DNA from: Nanohaloarchaea archaeon B1-Br10_U2g1
Lineage (GTDB): Archaea > Nanohalarchaeota > Nanosalinia > Nanosalinales > Nanosalinaceae
Assembly: GCA_001563875.1 (NCBI GenBank)
Contig: LKMN01000002.1
Span: forward strand, 1 to 64,000
Direction: 5' to 3'
Length of the DNA stretch: 64,000 nt
The notes beneath the pieces were generated by a model. The model had not been told where the DNA came from. It ran no database searches and worked only from the letters and a program-made list of their open reading frames with translations. The position numbers and the translations under genes are program-made. Below are positions 21,258 to 30,094 of the stretch, piece by piece (position 1 is the first letter of the stretch; each line of letters opens with the position of its first letter).

Positions 21258-22015
21258 TGCGTGTTGAAAAGCTTCTGAAAAGGCTTAAGAGAGAGTTTAT
21301 AAAAGTAAATGTTTTACAGGCTAGTTTAGACTCAATAATATTCTTTTTAACGGTTAACTTAACTCTTTTCCTGTTTTCACTACAGCTTATTGAAGGCTTC
21401 TCAAATATAGAGGCTTTAGCAGCTCTGACACTGGTATTTTTCCTGATAGATCTGGCATACAGGACGAAAAATTACCGATTGGAGATTTACGAAGAGAAAA
21501 ATCCGGAGCTACAAGAAGTGCTAAGAACTGCTAGAGACAACCTAGACTCGAACAACATAGTTTCCCAGGCTCTCTTTGATGACTTGCTTGAAAGATCACG
21601 ATCAGTCACTTCTGAAAGCATTGTTCCTAGCAAAATAATAATACAAAAATCTATAGCAGTAGGTATACTAAGTTTTCTTACTGTTTTGTCCGGCGTAGCA
21701 GGTTTCCATGTACAGGCAAATGGAGGAGAAGTCTTGCCAGGTATGGAGTCAGTTCAAGAGTTTGTGGGAGACGAACCGGACGAAGAATTTGAGCTGCAGA
21801 ACAGTACAGATATTTTTGGAGATCCTGAGGACATAGGAGAACCTGGAAGCGTAGTAGACTTTGAGATAGAAGGAGAAGGAAATGCATCTGAATCAGAACC
21901 ATCTTACCGCGAGCTTGACGAAGAAGATGTCTTCATGGAGGTATCGGGACCTGAGACAGACGAAGATATTGATCTAGCTAAGGAATATATGCTTGAGATT
22001 AGAGAGTTCCGCTGA
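21257..22015 (+). CDS. Conserved hypothetical membrane protein of MoxR/vWA clusters
   Basis: Two TM helices, EEKNPELQEVLRTARDN motif, third TM, acidic tail. Confidence 0.7.
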   Translation: MRVEKLLKRLKREFIKVNVLQASLDSIIFFLTVNLTLFLFSLQLIEGFSNIEALAALTLVFFLIDLAYRTKNYRLEIYEEKNPELQEVLRTARDNLDSNNIVSQALFDDLLERSRSVTSESIVPSKIIIQKSIAVGILSFLTVLSGVAGFHVQANGGEVLPGMESVQEFVGDEPDEEFELQNSTDIFGDPEDIGEPGSVVDFEIEGEGNASESEPSYRELDEEDVFMEVSGPETDEDIDLAKEYMLEIREFR

Positions 22016-22054
22016 GATTAAACCGATTTAAATCTAGAAGTCACAGATTCCTGT

Positions 22055-23020
22055 ATGAAGTTGAAGGCTAGAGATGAAGCGGGAAAGTATGATAGAGCAA
22101 ATGAGAAACTTAATCAAGTGATTGAAGAGACCGGAAAAGTAATAGTAGGGCAGGATGAAGTGCTGAAGAACACTCTTATATCCATACTTTGTGACGGAAA
22201 CGTTTTACTCGAATCGTACCCCGGTCTAGGGAAGACGAAAATGACCAGAACCCTTTCGGAAGTTTTAGGACTTGAATTCTCACGTATACAGAACACTCCT
22301 GACCTGATGCCTACAGACATAACAGGAACACAGATTATAAACGATAATGCTGACGGTAAAGAGTTCAAGTTTCAAGAAGGACCTATCTTCGCTAATATGG
22401 TTCTTGCAGATGAGATAAACAGGGCCACGCCTAAAACACAGGCAGCGCTTCTCGAGGCCATGGAAGAGAAACAGGTTACCGCAGGTAATACCTCCTATGA
22501 GCTGGAGAAACCTTTCTTCGTGATCGCAACACAGAACCCTATAGACCAGGAAGGTACTTATCCTCTCCCTGAAGCCCAGACAGATCGATTCCTCATGAAA
22601 CTGAGACTTGACTACCCACCGAGAGAGGATGAAGAAGAGATAGTAGACCGTTTCACCTCAGAGCTTGATTACTCCCCGAAACTTGAGACAGTTCTTTCCA
22701 AGCCATCTCTCATCAAGCTTCAAGAGTTCACCCGTAGTGTCCCTATAGCCGACGATATACGTGAGAGAGCCGTTGAGATAGTAGCCGAAACCCGTAAGAA
22801 CGACAAACTTGACTTTGGGGCCTCTCCAAGAGCATCCATGAGCCTTGTGCTGACCTCGAAAGCGAACGCATTAATAGAGGGTCGGAACTATGTCTCTGCC
22901 AGAGATATTGACTCCATGGCCAAACCTGTTTTGAGGCATCGTATAGGACTTAACTTCAAAGCCGAGAAGGAAGGTCTTTCTACCGACGATGTTGTAGAGG
23001 AGATAATCAGCAACGTATGA
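22055..23020 (+). CDS. moxR: MoxR-family AAA+ ATPase
   Basis: IVGQ, PGLGKT, RIQNTPDLMPTD, GPIF, LADEINRATPKTQAALLEAM, ATQNP, YPLPEAQTDRF, GASPR. Confidence 0.95.
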   Translation: MKLKARDEAGKYDRANEKLNQVIEETGKVIVGQDEVLKNTLISILCDGNVLLESYPGLGKTKMTRTLSEVLGLEFSRIQNTPDLMPTDITGTQIINDNADGKEFKFQEGPIFANMVLADEINRATPKTQAALLEAMEEKQVTAGNTSYELEKPFFVIATQNPIDQEGTYPLPEAQTDRFLMKLRLDYPPREDEEEIVDRFTSELDYSPKLETVLSKPSLIKLQEFTRSVPIADDIRERAVEIVAETRKNDKLDFGASPRASMSLVLTSKANALIEGRNYVSARDIDSMAKPVLRHRIGLNFKAEKEGLSTDDVVEEIISNV

Positions 23021-23874
23021 TAGAGATAGATTTCATAGACCAGTTAGACCGGTTCAACCTAGTTCTGAAGAAGAACTCCTCAGAGATAAATGAAGGGCAA
23101 CAGAAAAGCAACTTCTCCGGTCAGGGAATGATCTTTGAGGACCATAAGAAGTATGTGCCCGGTGACGACATACGTAAGATGGACTGGAAAGCGTATGCAC
23201 GTACAGAACAGTTCTATATCAAACGTTTCGAGCAGGAGAAAAGTCTTACATTACATATCCTTGTAGACCGTTCAAGCTCTATGGATTACGGAGAGAACAA
23301 TAAGTACGATTATGCAGCCAAGCTCGGTTTAGCGACCGCTTACATGGCTTCGAACACTAACGACCGTTTCCGTTACTCGGTCTTCTCAGAAACTATTACA
23401 GATATTTCCTCGGCAAGAAGAAATCCTAATCTGGCTGCTATGGTTGAAACACTGAACAATCTTCGGAAGACGCCTGATAGTCTTATAGAAGAATGTATAA
23501 CCGAGTACAGTAAACGTATTCGGAACAAATCGGCCGTTATTATCTTCTCAGACTTCCTCACTGACTTAGAACAGATCGAATCCGCTCTTAAAAGACTGAA
23601 AGACACCGAGACTATACTAGTGAATACTTTAGCCGCACAGGAGTTAGATCCTGACCTTCAAGGAGATAAAATTCTTCTAGATCCTGAGTCAGATTCCCGC
23701 ATCAGAACTTACCTATCAAAAAAGACTCGTAAAGATTATAGGAAAGATTTAGAGGAACACACCTCTAATATAGAGGAGTTAACTAACCGTTACAACGCCA
23801 AGTACGTCAAAATATCTACAGAAGAGGAAGTATTCGACTCTTTTCTAAAAGTTTGGAGAGCGTTGAACAGTTAA
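23017..23874 (+). CDS. DUF58 family vWA-like protein
   Basis: FEDHKKYVPGDDIRKMDWKAYAR, LVDRSSSM, IFSDF; follows moxR. Confidence 0.92.
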   Translation: MIEIDFIDQLDRFNLVLKKNSSEINEGQQKSNFSGQGMIFEDHKKYVPGDDIRKMDWKAYARTEQFYIKRFEQEKSLTLHILVDRSSSMDYGENNKYDYAAKLGLATAYMASNTNDRFRYSVFSETITDISSARRNPNLAAMVETLNNLRKTPDSLIEECITEYSKRIRNKSAVIIFSDFLTDLEQIESALKRLKDTETILVNTLAAQELDPDLQGDKILLDPESDSRIRTYLSKKTRKDYRKDLEEHTSNIEELTNRYNAKYVKISTEEEVFDSFLKVWRALNS

Positions 23875-23904
23875 ACAAAAAGATTACTATCCGAATATAT
23901 CTTC

Positions 23905-24639
23905 ATGAATATACACGGTTTTGAAACCGTTGACAGTTTGCCCTGTCTATACCAGCCGGATACAGATATCTTAATCGTCTCCGATCTACACCTCGGTTTA
24001 GAGGGAACTATGACCTCTGACGGCAACTACGTCCCTAGACACCAACTGAAAGGTATCAAAGAAGATATTGAAGAGGCGAGAGACCTTACAGAAGCTTCAA
24101 GGATACTTATTAACGGAGACATGAAGAATGAGTTCAAGACACGCTACTCCGAGACAAGAGAGATAGAAAAGCTTCTAAAGTTCTTAGAAAATCTCTTCAA
24201 AGAAGTAATAGTCGTCAAAGGGAACCACGACACCTTTCTAGAATCAACTCTAAAAAAGTTCGGTATAGAACTAAAGGATCACCATCTAGAGAACAGGACA
24301 CTGTTTATACATGGAGACAGAGAGATAGAAGAACTGCAAACAGATGGTTTTGATAAAATTGTTATAGGTCATGAACATCCTGCTCTTATACTCAAGGACG
24401 ACATAGGTGTTAGAGAGAAGATACCTTGCTTCTTGTATGGCAAAACAGCTGAAGACGAGAGAATTACCGTACTTCCCGCGTTCTCAAACATTTCAAAAGG
24501 TACAGGAATAAACGAAGTTCCGGAGAACCAGCTTCTATCACCGATAATAAAGAACAGAACAGACAAAGACAACCTGAAGGCAGTAGGCGTGTCACGTGAG
24601 GCAGGACTTTTCAAGTTCCCCAAGCTGAAAAAGATCTAG
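23905..24639 (+). CDS. Metallophosphoesterase (Lhr-associated MPE-like)
   Basis: SDLHLG, NGD, KGNHD, HGD, GHEHPA, LPAF motifs. Confidence 0.9.
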   Translation: MNIHGFETVDSLPCLYQPDTDILIVSDLHLGLEGTMTSDGNYVPRHQLKGIKEDIEEARDLTEASRILINGDMKNEFKTRYSETREIEKLLKFLENLFKEVIVVKGNHDTFLESTLKKFGIELKDHHLENRTLFIHGDREIEELQTDGFDKIVIGHEHPALILKDDIGVREKIPCFLYGKTAEDERITVLPAFSNISKGTGINEVPENQLLSPIIKNRTDKDNLKAVGVSREAGLFKFPKLKKI

Positions 24640-25811
24640 TTCCTCGAAGCAACCAGAGTAATAACAAATATTAGAGCAGCCACGAAAGCAGCGCCAAAGA
24701 AGGAAACATTGATACTCCAGACCGAAGCTATAGTTCCTGCCATTATAGGTCCTGCAGCCTGACCTATATGCTTAGAAAACTCCCAAAAACCTGTCAGCTC
24801 TCCCTCAATTTCCTCAGGAGCTCTGGAGTCAAAGAATGCGTGTAATGCTGGCGAAATACCGTCAGAAAGTAACCTTGCAACAAGGAAGAACACTGCAACA
24901 GCGTATATACTGGTTGTTAATCCCATTAAGACAAGTACAGGAACTAAAAGCAGAGATAGAATTGACACCGTTCTTAACCATCCTACCTTATCAGCCCATC
25001 TAGCGAATAGGAACTGGAATACGCTTGGAAGAGCTGCAAATCCGAATACTATACCCATTAACTCATAACTAGCGCCTATATCGTCCAAAAGCAGAGGTAC
25101 GGCCAACCAGAAAAAGGTGAATATTATTGAGTAGAGAAAAATAAGCAGCAGAGGAAACTTGATATTATGCCAGTTGTCTTCAAGGTGCTGTAGATCGTTA
25201 GCATATGTTTTTCTATTTAATAGATCTTCCATAGAGTCAAAAAATCCTCTCTTACCTTCCAAACCTATGTATAGATAGAAAACTAGCACAGCAAGCCAGG
25301 CCGTCAATATCCATAAAGCAAAGGTTACGTCAAACCCTCTAGAAGCTATCAGAAAACCTCCTATCATAGGTCCTACAACTGCAGCAAGGTTAGCGCCTAG
25401 CAAGAACACCGACTGGGTTTCTGACTCATTGTCTTCATCACCACTTTTTAGAGACATGCTCCAGCCCCCGTTCCATATCATTGACTTGACTATTCCTTCA
25501 AACGCTCTTCCAACCACAATAAACAGAGGTGCACCTGTCAAGTAGAAGAGACCAGGCATCAGCTGTAGAACTAGCCCTACAAATATCACTACTTTCTCTC
25601 CAGCTCTCTGGACTAGGTTACCCATAGGTATATCCAGAAACAGCGCCAGCAAAGGCGGTAGGGAAGTAAGTACCCCTACTAAGAATACGTTAGCTATATG
25701 TTTCTCAAAGAATATCGGCAGAAACATCCATACAGTGTTGCTTCCCAACCAGGTAAGCATGAATACTAGAGATAGATGCTTGGCTATGGAAGGAACCTTG
25801 TCGAACTGCAT
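24636..25811 (-). CDS. MFS transporter
   Basis: About 12 TM helices; motif-A-like GNLVQRAGEK and ARWADKVG. Confidence 0.88.
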   Translation of the reverse strand: MQFDKVPSIAKHLSLVFMLTWLGSNTVWMFLPIFFEKHIANVFLVGVLTSLPPLLALFLDIPMGNLVQRAGEKVVIFVGLVLQLMPGLFYLTGAPLFIVVGRAFEGIVKSMIWNGGWSMSLKSGDEDNESETQSVFLLGANLAAVVGPMIGGFLIASRGFDVTFALWILTAWLAVLVFYLYIGLEGKRGFFDSMEDLLNRKTYANDLQHLEDNWHNIKFPLLLIFLYSIIFTFFWLAVPLLLDDIGASYELMGIVFGFAALPSVFQFLFARWADKVGWLRTVSILSLLLVPVLVLMGLTTSIYAVAVFFLVARLLSDGISPALHAFFDSRAPEEIEGELTGFWEFSKHIGQAAGPIMAGTIASVWSINVSFFGAAFVAALIFVITLVASRN

Positions 25812-25830
25812 TACATTAAAAACAAGTTGT

Positions 25831-26073
25831 TCAGTGAGTTATAAAGACGTCGTCTTCGTCATCCTCTTCCTGTTCTGTCTCCTCTTGAGCTCTTTCTTCT
25901 TGACGGCGTACGAACTCTTCTTTGGCCTCTTTCTTTATTTCTTGAAACCTTTTCTCGGCCATTGACTTGTCTTCAGTACCTGCCTCTTCCTTCTTCAGCT
26001 TCTCATACCTTTCACTGCTGGACTCTTTCTCATCGTTGCCGTCAGAGTTTATAGCGTTCAAGAAGTCGTTCAT
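25831..26073 (-). CDS. Small acidic helical hypothetical protein
   Basis: 80 aa E/K-rich ORF overlapping the upstream gene's stop. Confidence 0.55.
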   Translation of the reverse strand: MNDFLNAINSDGNDEKESSSERYEKLKKEEAGTEDKSMAEKRFQEIKKEAKEEFVRRQEERAQEETEQEEDDEDDVFITH

Positions 26074-26291
26074 TTATTTTTACCTCCGACGAAAGGCAGT
26101 ATACGTGCGATAGTTGTTAGATCTTCAACCGTTTCCGCAGTATGCTCTAGCGACTCTGCAGATTTCTCTAGAGACCTTATTGTCTTATCGATATTTCTCA
26201 GCATCAGAAGCGTGAAGACCAGTATCACTACCAGTAAAGTCTTAAGGATAATATTCAGAGCTAGGTCTAGAGCTACAAGTTCTGATGTCAC
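26070..26291 (-). CDS. Small membrane protein with short coiled coil (DUF948-like architecture)
   Basis: One TM followed by IDKTIRSLEKSAESLEHTAETVEDL; AAGGAG immediately upstream of the GTG. Confidence 0.55.
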   Translation of the reverse strand: MTSELVALDLALNIILKTLLVVILVFTLLMLRNIDKTIRSLEKSAESLEHTAETVEDLTTIARILPFVGGKNK

Positions 26292-26376
26292 ACCTCCTTA
26301 TTGTCATGCCTTGGTTTTATAGCTGGCGGTTGGAAACCCTTAAAAGCTTCTAAACCGACAATTTTTACGTGATAAC

Positions 26377-26718
26377 ATGGTAAACATACCAGATGAAGTC
26401 GAGGTATCTGAACTACCTTTCACTCATGCAAGAGTAAAAAGGATGGTTAGAGAAAAAGCAGATGACGGACAGTACGTCCGAAGCGAAGTGTACTACGGTT
26501 TAAACCTTTTACTGGGCGAGATTGCTGATGAGATAATTGAGAGGATGATGAACACCGAGTCCGCTTATGTAGAGAAGTACGATCTTGACAGAGCGTCAAG
26601 AAAGTACGAGAAGGTTGAAAACATTATCAAAGAGAAGGAAAGAGTTTCACGCAAGCTTGATGCTCTAGCAGCAGATGTAGAACATCTGTCTCGCGAAGTA
26701 CAACAAGCAGACCACTAG
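26377..26718 (+). CDS. Histone-fold protein with C-terminal coiled coil
   Basis: ELPFTHARVKRMVRE (alpha1), YVRSEVYYGLNLLLGEIADEII (L1/alpha2), YVEKYDLDRA (L2/alpha3) resemble archaeal histones; extra heptad helix follows. Confidence 0.7.
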   Translation: MVNIPDEVEVSELPFTHARVKRMVREKADDGQYVRSEVYYGLNLLLGEIADEIIERMMNTESAYVEKYDLDRASRKYEKVENIIKEKERVSRKLDALAADVEHLSREVQQADH

Positions 26719-26745
26719 AAAAGAGGGTTTCAAAACCTCTTTCTA
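26716..26745 (+). terminator. Possible hairpin terminator after the histone-like gene
   Basis: Imperfect inverted repeat TAGAAAAGAGG...CCTCTTTCTA followed by T-rich sequence. Confidence 0.35.
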
Positions 26746-26893
26746 TCTCGTATTCTTACTGATTTTGTTATTATCTTTAGGTTGAACTGATTGGCCTTTA
26801 TCTCTTAGAAATGGTTTCACTGAGCTCTCGTAAAATTTATAACAGCGTTATAAAAAGTAGGTTCTGAAAAAGCTTATAGAGGTAAAAGGAAGA

Positions 26894-27238
26894 ATGAGGT
26901 TCGAATCCGAAGTTGTCGCAGAAAACATACTTCCCGCCATAAGAAAGATACTGGCAGTCTCTCTGAGCACAGACTACGGTCTCACCCAGAGAGATATCTC
27001 TCAGAAACTCGCAGTTACACAACCCGCCGTAAGCCAGTATCTAAAAGGAAAAAGGGCAGACAAAAATGTGGTAGAAAAACTTGAGGATGACCCTCAAATC
27101 AATATACTTATAGAAGACGCAGTAGCCAAAGCCGCAAAAGATGAGGACTTCTCAGACGAGATAAGACAGATAATACAGACCTCAAGAGACAAAGGGTTGT
27201 TCAAGGAAAAGTTTAGAGACACCAAACGCTGCCTCTAA
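26894..27238 (+). CDS. HTH transcriptional regulator (archaeal COG2522-like)
   Basis: ILPAIRKILA...GLTQRDISQKLAVTQPAVSQYLKGKR. Confidence 0.85.
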   Translation: MRFESEVVAENILPAIRKILAVSLSTDYGLTQRDISQKLAVTQPAVSQYLKGKRADKNVVEKLEDDPQINILIEDAVAKAAKDEDFSDEIRQIIQTSRDKGLFKEKFRDTKRCL

Positions 27239-29373
27239 TCCCTAAAACCGTCCCAAGAGAACTCTTCAGCCTCATCTTCATTCTTCAGAACAGCGTTTAC
27301 ACGGCTCTCAATACCTTCCAAAGAGTTTACGGAGATATCTGAATCGACAACGCTTTCAAGATCAAAGTCATACTCCTCACTGTAGGCGAAAAATCCTACA
27401 GCACCTATACCACCTACTCCAATTAGGACCAGCAATACCATCAACATTCTTGTACGCTGGGAGGAAATATGATCTGATCTGACCTCTTCATAGGTCTGTT
27501 CTGCCTCTGAGAAGTCAGAGCTTATACCTGAAAGTGCTTCATCAGCCTTATAGTACTCACCATCTTCAATAGCTCTTTCAGCTTCATCCATTCTCTCTTC
27601 AAAGGATGCCATAGCTGCCTCTGCTTCTTCAGATCTCTCTTCAGAGAGGCCGTCCTCTTCAAGCTCTGTAATATTAGATCTCAGAGCGTCAAGACTTTGA
27701 TCGTGACCTGAGAACTGTTGATCAATCTCCTGTTTCTGGTCCTCGTTCGCAGTTACCAAAAGCTCCGACTCAGCACTGTATGAAGGACCTTCAGAGGATA
27801 TCTCTAAATCATGAGAACCTAAATCTTCATCCTCAGTTTCAATCTCCCAAGTCAAGGACACCACACTACCATTATCAAGATGTGAAACAGTTTCGGACTG
27901 GTTGAATATATCCTCAACATGACCTTCAATCTCCAGATCTTCTATTATGAACATTCCTGTGTTTTCAACACTTAAGTCAAAATCTCCTGTACTTCCCGCT
28001 TCTACCTCAAACTGTTCAGGAGTATCTATCTCTACTTCAGGACCATCATCAGGATAGTACTCAAAGTCTAGATTCTGTGGTGTGCTCCACTGACCTAGAT
28101 TGTCTTGCGCTCTAACATATAGTGTGTGTTCACCATCATCAAGTTCTGAAGGATCTATATCTAGACTTATTGTTCCGTCAGACTCGCTTGACCTCGTTCC
28201 GTCACCTGCACCATCAAAATCAAAGTAGTACTCTACCTGATCTACTCCGGAAGTATCATCCAAAGCCTCAAACTCTACCTCAAACTCATCATTGAAAATA
28301 TAGTGTCCTGATACCGTATCAAGATCCAAGACTGTTGGAGGACTACCGTCAAAAGTATATTCTTCGGAATCACTTTCCTCGCAGTGACCGGCCTCATCAC
28401 AGACCTCTACGTAGATATCTACGGTAGAATCACCGTAATCCGACATATCAACATCACAGTAGAACTCTACTTCATCTTCACCATCTAAGCTTTCGAAACC
28501 GTCGCTATCAATCTCATCATCTGAATCATCTTTACATATAACTTCTTTTTCAGATACCTCATCACCTGTCTCATACACAGTTATCTCAAGTTCTTCATTG
28601 TAGTCGTCTTCAAACTCGTCTTCAGTGTATAAGCCTCCACTTGGATCAAAGTCGACATCTTCATCCCCTTCGAAACTGGTTGTTACTGTGAAACTCCATT
28701 CGTCATCCCATTCCTCATCCTCCCAGTTACCTCTATCGTTTCCCAAAGTGTCGTTAACCCACCATTCAACATAGTAGGTTTCTGTATCATTAAGGTCGGT
28801 ATCGAGTTCCGGATTATCTGTCTCTCCAAAGGTATAGTCAACCAGGTCTTCTCTATCACTGTCCTCATAGACCGTTAAGTTAGTGTAATGGACTCCAGAA
28901 CGGTCATCCTCAAACTCCGCTTCGACTGTCGGAGAATCATCCGATATGTATTCACCGTTGCTAGGACTTTTAGAATCAATTACGGGCCCTGTTTTGTCAA
29001 GGGTAACCTCTATTGTTTGATTCCTGTCTGTATTGTTGATATTGGTTGCGTTAAGATAATATTCTCCGGAAGATTCAGTATCTTCCCATGTAGGTGTGAC
29101 GTAGCCATCCTCATCAATCTGTTCAACACTTATCTCCTCCCAAGTTTCATTGTCTTCACTGAAAGTCACGTTTATCTCTTCGTTCTCGTCACCCTCTTCT
29201 TCAATTACTCCTGCTGGATCTGAAATATTGAAATCAGGAGTATCAGGAATGAATTCTCCGTCTTCAGGCTCTATCCACTCAAGTTCATCTTCTGCAGATC
29301 CTAGTCCTAGTAATAGCGTGGTGATTATGAGAAATGTTGTAAGTCGTAATGCTTTACGGTTGAGAATGGTCAA
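27235..29373 (-). CDS. Large acidic cell-surface protein with Ig-like repeats and C-terminal TM anchor
   Basis: Signal peptide; Ig-like motifs (LDKTGPVI, DDRSGV, DDTSGVD, DGEHTLYVRAQDNLG); CARDB-like VENTG; helical region; TM near the C-terminus. Confidence 0.75.
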   Translation of the reverse strand: MTILNRKALRLTTFLIITTLLLGLGSAEDELEWIEPEDGEFIPDTPDFNISDPAGVIEEEGDENEEINVTFSEDNETWEEISVEQIDEDGYVTPTWEDTESSGEYYLNATNINNTDRNQTIEVTLDKTGPVIDSKSPSNGEYISDDSPTVEAEFEDDRSGVHYTNLTVYEDSDREDLVDYTFGETDNPELDTDLNDTETYYVEWWVNDTLGNDRGNWEDEEWDDEWSFTVTTSFEGDEDVDFDPSGGLYTEDEFEDDYNEELEITVYETGDEVSEKEVICKDDSDDEIDSDGFESLDGEDEVEFYCDVDMSDYGDSTVDIYVEVCDEAGHCEESDSEEYTFDGSPPTVLDLDTVSGHYIFNDEFEVEFEALDDTSGVDQVEYYFDFDGAGDGTRSSESDGTISLDIDPSELDDGEHTLYVRAQDNLGQWSTPQNLDFEYYPDDGPEVEIDTPEQFEVEAGSTGDFDLSVENTGMFIIEDLEIEGHVEDIFNQSETVSHLDNGSVVSLTWEIETEDEDLGSHDLEISSEGPSYSAESELLVTANEDQKQEIDQQFSGHDQSLDALRSNITELEEDGLSEERSEEAEAAMASFEERMDEAERAIEDGEYYKADEALSGISSDFSEAEQTYEEVRSDHISSQRTRMLMVLLVLIGVGGIGAVGFFAYSEEYDFDLESVVDSDISVNSLEGIESRVNAVLKNEDEAEEFSWDGFRD

Positions 29374-29452
29374 TCACTATTTATTCGATGGGATTCGAAT
29401 GTTTAAGTAAATTTTTCGGTGAGGACAGGCTTTTTTCTTCCCTGTTTCAGGT

Positions 29453-30055
29453 TCACCGGTTTTGGCTTTGAAGGAACTGTTCCAGGTCGTTCAGAGATGT
29501 AGTGTATCCTCCTTCAGACGATTTTGCAGTGACTATTCCATGTATATCGTCTTCTTGATCTACTAGAGGTCCGCCACTGTTTCCTGGCCGAATCTCTGCA
29601 TCTGTGAAAACCATGTCTGTAAATACTTTGTTCTCTTGTTGAAGCTCTAAGGTTACTCCTGTTTCTAGTACTTTTCCTTCTGTTATATCGAGTTCGGACG
29701 CGTATGGATAACCTATAGCTGCTACTTCTTGGTTTACCGTTGTTTCATCAGCAAGCTCCAACGGTTGTAACTGCTCAGGTATATCTGCCTCCAGCAAGGC
29801 TAGATCGGTAGAGCTTTCTCCCGCTAGGTTGTCGGCCTCAACAGTCTCTCCTGTACTGAAAGCTACCTCTAAATCTTCTGAGTCCTCAACAACATGGTAA
29901 GAAGTTATGATATAGTCTTCATAGATTACTCCGGATCCGAACTCGTGGTCTCCTTGGTTGACCAGAACTATTGAGTCTGCGGCGTCTTCAAAGCTTGCTT
30001 CCGCGGCGACCGACATTAAAAAAATCGGTATCAGAACCAGTAGAGCCTTCTTCAT
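29453..30055 (-). CDS. Secreted trypsin-like (S1C/HtrA-type) serine protease without PDZ
   Basis: Signal peptide; GSG, TSYHVV (His), TDLALL (Asp), TDAEIRPGNSGGPL (Ser). Confidence 0.88.
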   Translation of the reverse strand: MKKALLVLIPIFLMSVAAEASFEDAADSIVLVNQGDHEFGSGVIYEDYIITSYHVVEDSEDLEVAFSTGETVEADNLAGESSTDLALLEADIPEQLQPLELADETTVNQEVAAIGYPYASELDITEGKVLETGVTLELQQENKVFTDMVFTDAEIRPGNSGGPLVDQEDDIHGIVTAKSSEGGYTTSLNDLEQFLQSQNR

Positions 30056-30094
30056 AGGACGGAAATAGACATTGAGCCTTGAAATACAGTTATG

